From positions 1 to 26,739 of IMG/VR virus record IMGVR_UViG_3300025886_000131: 26,739 nucleotides of DNA, one strand, 5' to 3'. Position 1 is the stretch's first letter. Each line of letters begins with the position of its first letter. The DNA comes from a virus (lineage: Duplodnaviria; Caudoviricetes). The translations under genes were made by a program, and so were the position numbers. This document shows positions 22,105 to 26,739 of the stretch, in pieces. The notes under the pieces were generated by a model, which was not told the DNA's origin, made no database searches, and saw nothing but the letters and a program-made list of their open reading frames with translations.

Positions 22105-23883
22105 ATGGCGCCTAAGAAAAAGAAAAAGAATAAATTAGGATACGAGCAAGATCCAGGGCGTGGTGAATTGAACAAAACGGGTAGAGATATACCTTCTAAT
22201 TTATTGCAAGTTACAGGAGACACTCCTGAATACTATAAAGCTGCGGAAGAGGGTACTTTTGCTAATATTCCAAATGTTTTAGACGAAGTAGTTATTGTTG
22301 CTGGTAATGATTATAATAAACAGCCTAACTTTAATAGCTTAACTAAATCAGAAAGAAAACTTTCTAAAGGAAAAGGAGTTATTGGTAGAGCTTTAAGGCA
22401 AAAAGCTAGAGGAGAGAAACCTTCACAAATGACAACCGCCTCGTTTTTAGGCGGTATTGCAGAAGGTGTTGGAAGCTTAATTCAAGCACCTCAGTCATTA
22501 GCAGTTGAGGGAATTGAAAAAATGAGAGGCAACCCTTCTTCTTTTACAAATGCAGTAACACCCGGCAAACAAAGAACGCCTTCTCAAACAATGGGTTTAG
22601 AGGATAAACCAGGGTGGGATGTAGGTGGATCTTTGAATACAGCTATGGATCTACTAGGAGACCCTTCAAATTTATTTGGAATAGGTGCAGCAAGTAAGAT
22701 TATGAAAGGTGCAAAAAATGTACCTAAAGTATTAAAAAACGCGCCTAAACTTGGCGATGATGTATCTAGCTCTATTAAAAACTTTTTTAGTCCTGGGCAA
22801 AATCTAGAAGGTGTTAGTGATATAGGAGCAAGGCTTTCTACGCCAAATCCTAAGAACGCTGACAAGATGGGGTTTTTAAGTAATATAACAGGAAAAAACA
22901 AGAAAGCTGTTGCAGAAATAGAACCGTTAGTTAGAGAGCTAGCTAAAGAAGGAAAAAACTATAAGGAAGTTATAAGTGAAACTGTAACTAATATGAGTAG
23001 CCCTCAAGGCCAACAAAGACTAAAGGATGAAGCTATTGCATATGCTAAACTTACGGGTAAAAAAATGGATGCAAAATCTATTAAAGAAGATGTTAAACAA
23101 ACTATTTCAACCATAAAAAACTCGGGTAGTGCTAATATTGATGCAAGTAAAGCTATAAGGAAAGATGGCTCGTTGAATAGGAGTAAAGCTATGCAAGCTA
23201 TATATGGTACAGAACAAACAGCTCGTGGCAGCAGCGTAAAGCTGAACAAAGCTGGGGGGAGTTTAATAAATAGTGGACAAGCTCAGGAGATGTCTTCTCA
23301 TATAGGGGCAAACATATCAGGCAAAGCGCCTATTAAGCATGAGATAGGTCATATGATTAAAGGGAACAAGTATAACGCAACTGGAAAAGGAAGCCCTATA
23401 GATATAGAGTTAAGAGCTCTTAAGCAGATTCCAGATGAATCATTAACTGCAACTCAAAAAGCAAGCAAAGGTTATTTTAATAAAGTAACACCATATCAAA
23501 AGTCAGAGAAACTTTATTCGGGTGGACGCTCAATGCGTCGCGCAGCGTTAGACCCGGAGCCGTCTTCATTCGCGCAAGAGCTAAGACAGCAAATGTTAAC
23601 CGACAAGTTTATATCAAATAAAAAAGGTACTTGGTCTGACATAACACAAAATGACTTAACTAAAGCTAGCGAGTTTTACAAGAAAAATCCTAGAGGAAGT
23701 ATTACAACACGTAAAGATGGTTCTAAAGGAGGATTTATAAGTTCGACTAGAATGTTTGATTTTGTTGATAAATCTTCTTTTTCTGATTTAGCAAAAAGTA
23801 TGAATAAGCTAACGGGGGCGGTTGCGCCAGTCGGAATAGGTGGAGCTAGTCTTAGCAGTATGTTTGGAAAAAAGAAAAAATAG
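22105..23883 (+). CDS. Large basic G/K-rich protein with HExxH motif; putative internal virion protein
   Basis: 592 aa; IKHEIGH motif; low-complexity composition. Confidence 0.55.
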   Translation: MAPKKKKKNKLGYEQDPGRGELNKTGRDIPSNLLQVTGDTPEYYKAAEEGTFANIPNVLDEVVIVAGNDYNKQPNFNSLTKSERKLSKGKGVIGRALRQKARGEKPSQMTTASFLGGIAEGVGSLIQAPQSLAVEGIEKMRGNPSSFTNAVTPGKQRTPSQTMGLEDKPGWDVGGSLNTAMDLLGDPSNLFGIGAASKIMKGAKNVPKVLKNAPKLGDDVSSSIKNFFSPGQNLEGVSDIGARLSTPNPKNADKMGFLSNITGKNKKAVAEIEPLVRELAKEGKNYKEVISETVTNMSSPQGQQRLKDEAIAYAKLTGKKMDAKSIKEDVKQTISTIKNSGSANIDASKAIRKDGSLNRSKAMQAIYGTEQTARGSSVKLNKAGGSLINSGQAQEMSSHIGANISGKAPIKHEIGHMIKGNKYNATGKGSPIDIELRALKQIPDESLTATQKASKGYFNKVTPYQKSEKLYSGGRSMRRAALDPEPSSFAQELRQQMLTDKFISNKKGTWSDITQNDLTKASEFYKKNPRGSITTRKDGSKGGFISSTRMFDFVDKSSFSDLAKSMNKLTGAVAPVGIGGASLSSMFGKKKK

Positions 23884-23908
23884 ATTAACTTAAAAAAAAA
23901 ATAAAATT

Positions 23909-24313
23909 ATGTTTGGAGCAGCAATAGGAGGAGCTTTCGGGGGAGGCGGTGGTGGAAATGACGGCCCTTTAAATTTAGAAGGGTACGAAGGTACACGTAA
24001 AGGAATGGCTGGAATGGTGGACAAGGCTAGGTATTCAGCTGACCGTCAAGCGGGAATATTGGACAGTTATACGAACCCTGCAACAGCAGTAGCCGGAGGA
24101 CCAGTGGGCTTAGAAGGAGGAGGAGCTACATCAGCGCCTGTTATTCCTATGTCTGATTCATATAATGCAGCAGCTTCGTCACCTGTTTTCCCTCCAGCAG
24201 CTCAAGATCAAGCAGCGGCTGTATTTGGCAGCAACAATGAAAGGCAAGGTTCTACGTCTGGATTTAAACAAGAAGTTAAAGAAAGAATTATGACAGACTT
24301 AAATTCATTATAA
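23909..24313 (+). CDS. G/A-rich hypothetical protein
   Basis: ORF track. Confidence 0.6.
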   Translation: MFGAAIGGAFGGGGGGNDGPLNLEGYEGTRKGMAGMVDKARYSADRQAGILDSYTNPATAVAGGPVGLEGGGATSAPVIPMSDSYNAAASSPVFPPAAQDQAAAVFGSNNERQGSTSGFKQEVKERIMTDLNSL

Positions 24314-24317
24314 CAAC

Positions 24318-24737
24318 ATGAGGGAGATAAACAAAGTAATAGTACATTGCACTGCTACTCCTGAAAACAGAGTTGTTACCGTAGAAGACGTACGTCAATG
24401 GCACAAAGCTAGAGGATGGAGTGATATTGGTTATCATATAATGATTTACTTAGATGGAACTGTTCACGAAGGAAGACCAATAGAAAGGAGTGGTGCTCAT
24501 TGTAAAGGTCAGAACAAAAACTCTATAGGTATCGCTTATGTCGGAGGAGTTGATAAAGATATGAACCCTAAAGATACGCGTACGGAATGTCAAAAAGAAG
24601 CTTTGTGTAATATACTAGAACATTATAAAACTAAATATCCAAAGGTAGAAATATTTGGTCATAGAGATTTTTCTTCGAAAGCATGCCCTAGTTTTGATGC
24701 TACCAAAGAATACGAAAATATAACTAATATGTGGTAA
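24318..24737 (+). CDS. N-acetylmuramoyl-L-alanine amidase (T7 lysozyme-like endolysin)
   Basis: IVHCTAT, GWSDIGYH, GAHCKGQN..SIGI, GHRDF..KACPSF. Confidence 0.92.
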   Translation: MREINKVIVHCTATPENRVVTVEDVRQWHKARGWSDIGYHIMIYLDGTVHEGRPIERSGAHCKGQNKNSIGIAYVGGVDKDMNPKDTRTECQKEALCNILEHYKTKYPKVEIFGHRDFSSKACPSFDATKEYENITNMW

Positions 24738-24738
24738 T

Positions 24739-24855
24739 ATGAAAAAGAAAAAGAAAACACCCTGTTGGGATTCTCACAAAATGGTAGGATTAAAAATGAA
24801 GTCAGGTAGAAAGGTACCTAATTGTGTACCTAAAAAGAAAACACGTAAAAAATAA
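24739..24855 (+). CDS. Small basic peptide (38 aa)
   Basis: MKKKKKTPCWDSHKMVGLKMKSGRKVPNCVPKKKTRKK. Confidence 0.6.
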   Translation: MKKKKKTPCWDSHKMVGLKMKSGRKVPNCVPKKKTRKK

Positions 24856-24860
24856 ATATT

Positions 24861-24977
24861 ATGCCAGCAGGAAAAGGAACATACGGTTCAAAAAGAGGAA
24901 GACCACCAGCGAAAAAGAAAGCTAAAGTGATTAAAAAGAAAGTAATAAAAAAAAAGCCTTGCGGTTGTAAACATTAA
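24861..24977 (+). CDS. Small basic peptide with AT-hook-like motif (38 aa)
   Basis: MPAGKGTYGSKRGRPPAKKK...KPCGCKH. Confidence 0.6.
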   Translation: MPAGKGTYGSKRGRPPAKKKAKVIKKKVIKKKPCGCKH

Positions 24978-24982
24978 TAACC

Positions 24983-25273
24983 ATGGCGGATAAAGCAAAA
25001 ATGGCTTGTAATAAGCCGGTGAAATCAGATCGAGCTGGTAAAAAGAAAATGGTTAAAGGCTGCGAAGGTGGTAAAGAAAAACTAATTCATTTTGGAGCTT
25101 CTGGATATGGACATAACTACAGCGCTGCGGCTCGTAAGTCATTTAAAGCTCGCCACAAATGTAGTACTGCAAAAAGTAAGTTAACTGCTAGATATTGGTC
25201 TTGTAAGAAATTATGGGGCGGAAGCGGCGGTTCTACAAAGTCTAACCCCAAAGGAGTTCAAGGTAAATTTTAA
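24983..25273 (+). CDS. Basic phage protein
   Basis: IHFGASG...ARKSFKARHKC...ARYWSCKKLW. Confidence 0.7.
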   Translation: MADKAKMACNKPVKSDRAGKKKMVKGCEGGKEKLIHFGASGYGHNYSAAARKSFKARHKCSTAKSKLTARYWSCKKLWGGSGGSTKSNPKGVQGKF

Positions 25274-25276
25274 TAT

Positions 25277-25675
25277 ATGAGTTGGTTAAGTAAATTATTA
25301 GGTAGTGGTACAAAAGGTTTAGGTGATCTAGCTAAAGATATTAGAGAGGCTCTTAAAGGTAAAGAACTAGATCCTAATAAGCAGCTTGACATTGCGGCTA
25401 AGTTAGCTGAAGTACAAACTAAAATTAATGTAGCAGAAGCTACTCACAGATCTGTATTTGTTGCAGGCTGGAGACCTTTTGTAGGGTGGGTTTGTGGATT
25501 TGGATTATTATACGCAGTATTATTAGAACCTTTACTTAGGTTCATATTTACAGTAAACGGGTGGGAGTCAACTTTCCCTATTATAGATACAACTATTACA
25601 CTGCAAGTGCTATTCGGAATGTTAGGATTAGCAGGTTTTAGATCATACGAAAAGAAAAACAATTTAACAAAATAA
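25277..25675 (+). CDS. Holin (GTA 3TM holin-like)
   Basis: SVFVAGWRPFVGWVCG, hydrophobic segments, LFGMLGLAGFRSYEK; near the endolysin. Confidence 0.8.
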   Translation: MSWLSKLLGSGTKGLGDLAKDIREALKGKELDPNKQLDIAAKLAEVQTKINVAEATHRSVFVAGWRPFVGWVCGFGLLYAVLLEPLLRFIFTVNGWESTFPIIDTTITLQVLFGMLGLAGFRSYEKKNNLTK

Positions 25676-25687
25676 TAAATAAAAGAA

Positions 25688-25966
25688 ATGGGAAGGTATT
25701 ATAACTTAGAACAAGAAACAAAGGCGATCTCAAGAGACGCTAAGGCAATAACTAAAAGTGACACAAATTTTACAGAAGCATTTGTACCTAGAGGAGAAGC
25801 TGCTTTATACGTAGGTACTGGTGGAGATTTATCAGTTAGAATGGCTGGTGACAATAGTGATGCTACTATAGTTATTAAAAACGTAGCAGATGGTTCTTTT
25901 TTACCTATTGTAGTGAAAGCTGTATTGGTTGCAACAACAGCGAGTGATATTTTAGCTATAAACTAG
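25688..25966 (+). CDS. Head spike base-like protein (RcGTA Rcc01079-like)
   Basis: AITKSD, ALYVGTGGDLSV, GSFLPIVVKAV..TTASDI. Confidence 0.65.
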   Translation: MGRYYNLEQETKAISRDAKAITKSDTNFTEAFVPRGEAALYVGTGGDLSVRMAGDNSDATIVIKNVADGSFLPIVVKAVLVATTASDILAIN

Positions 25967-25972
25967 TAGGGT

Positions 25973-26125
25973 ATGCTGAGTCTACTTAACACGTCTTTTA
26001 CTATTTTAAATAAAAAAGGATTAGTATCTCCTCTTTTAGCTAAATTAGAAGCAAGATCGACATACTTCGAAAACAAAATTTGCACTACTGCAATTTTAAA
26101 GAAACTAGAAAACATTAAATCATAA
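25973..26125 (+). CDS. Small hypothetical protein (50 aa)
   Basis: ORF with TAATG overlap into the next gene. Confidence 0.5.
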   Translation: MLSLLNTSFTILNKKGLVSPLLAKLEARSTYFENKICTTAILKKLENIKS

Positions 26126-26739
26126 TGAGCAACCTACTTAAAGACGCATCAATACTTCTTACACCCACCGGATATGATAATGGCAGCATGAATGCTATTA
26201 AACCTGAAAACGGAGATGGTGATTTCACTTTCTCACGTAATTCAGCAGCTACAAGGGTTAATGCACAAGGTTTAGTTGAGAATGTACAAATACTTTCAAG
26301 TAATTTACTATCAAATGGAGACTTTTCACAAGAGGGTAGCGAGTTAGTAACTAATGGAGATTTTAGTAATGGATTAACTAATTGGATTTATCAAGGAGAT
26401 AGTGTTACTATTGTAGATGGTGCGGCAAGAATAAATAGGGTTACAAATACAACTTTTATACAACAGAATATTTTAACATCTAATAAAACTTATTTAGTAG
26501 AGTTTGATGTTTTAAACGAGGCAGATAATAATGGAACTTTTATAGTAAGATTAGGTAGTAATAATGTTTATGACGTTGTAACTTATGAAGGTACAAGGTT
26601 TTCTAAATATATTGTTTCTAATGGTTCTGATTTTAGATTATATTCATCTTCGGATAATGGCGTAGTTTATGTAGACAACATCTCGGTTAAAGAAGTTGGG
26701 CAAGATTGGACATTGGGAAGTGGTTGGAGTATTGGAGAT
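26125..26739 (+). CDS. Partial head spike/fibre-like protein with carbohydrate-binding-type repeats
   Basis: MSNLLKDASILLTPTGY...GDFTFSRNSAATRVNAQGLVE, ELVTNGDFS; open to the window end. Confidence 0.65.
   Translation, partial: MSNLLKDASILLTPTGYDNGSMNAIKPENGDGDFTFSRNSAATRVNAQGLVENVQILSSNLLSNGDFSQEGSELVTNGDFSNGLTNWIYQGDSVTIVDGAARINRVTNTTFIQQNILTSNKTYLVEFDVLNEADNNGTFIVRLGSNNVYDVVTYEGTRFSKYIVSNGSDFRLYSSSDNGVVYVDNISVKEVGQDWTLGSGWSIGD

Noticed and set aside
17373-25662. Minus-strand ORFs in the right arm, including the 245 aa 18121..18858
   Set aside because: They are antisense to well-supported plus-strand genes, as expected from codon bias.
1-26739. Integrase, transposase or reverse transcriptase that could service the cassette array
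   Set aside because: No ORF in the window shows tyrosine or serine recombinase, DDE or RT motifs that I can recognise.
1-26739. Stop-codon reassignment, introns or inteins
   Set aside because: Core genes are full length in the standard code, TAG and TGA are used as normal stops, and ThyA, primase-helicase and GroEL show no insertions.

Overview
An AT-rich fragment of a tailed dsDNA phage genome, most likely infecting a Bacteroidota/Flavobacteriia host (inferred from A-rich leaders without Shine-Dalgarno motifs, NVGIGT-repeat virion proteins and overall gene content). It has two divergent arms. The left arm (1-16.9 kb, minus strand) carries many small early genes, then an HTH protein, a sigma-70-family factor, an ERF annealing protein, a PD-(D/E)XK exonuclease, an SSB-like protein, a primase-helicase, ThyA and MazG-like genes. 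The right arm (17.3 kb to the end, plus strand) carries virion-type genes, groEL-groES, an amidase endolysin, a holin and head-spike proteins. The most striking signals are in the DNA itself. (1) A ~1.7 kb integrase-free array of attC-like (integron cassette-like) hairpins at 6.5-8.2 kb, with small ORFs lying inside the hairpin loops or straddling the GTT crossover points. (2) A polarised motif, GTGTATAGCA (core GTATAGCA, 15 copies), embedded in coding sequence in all three frames and seen only in the left arm. (3) Three copies of a ~50 bp palindrome, one overlapping the start codon of the HTH gene. (4) Two promoter-like classes (12 and 3 copies). (5) A tRNA-like RNA near 13 kb. All motif counts were made by eye and no database searches were run.
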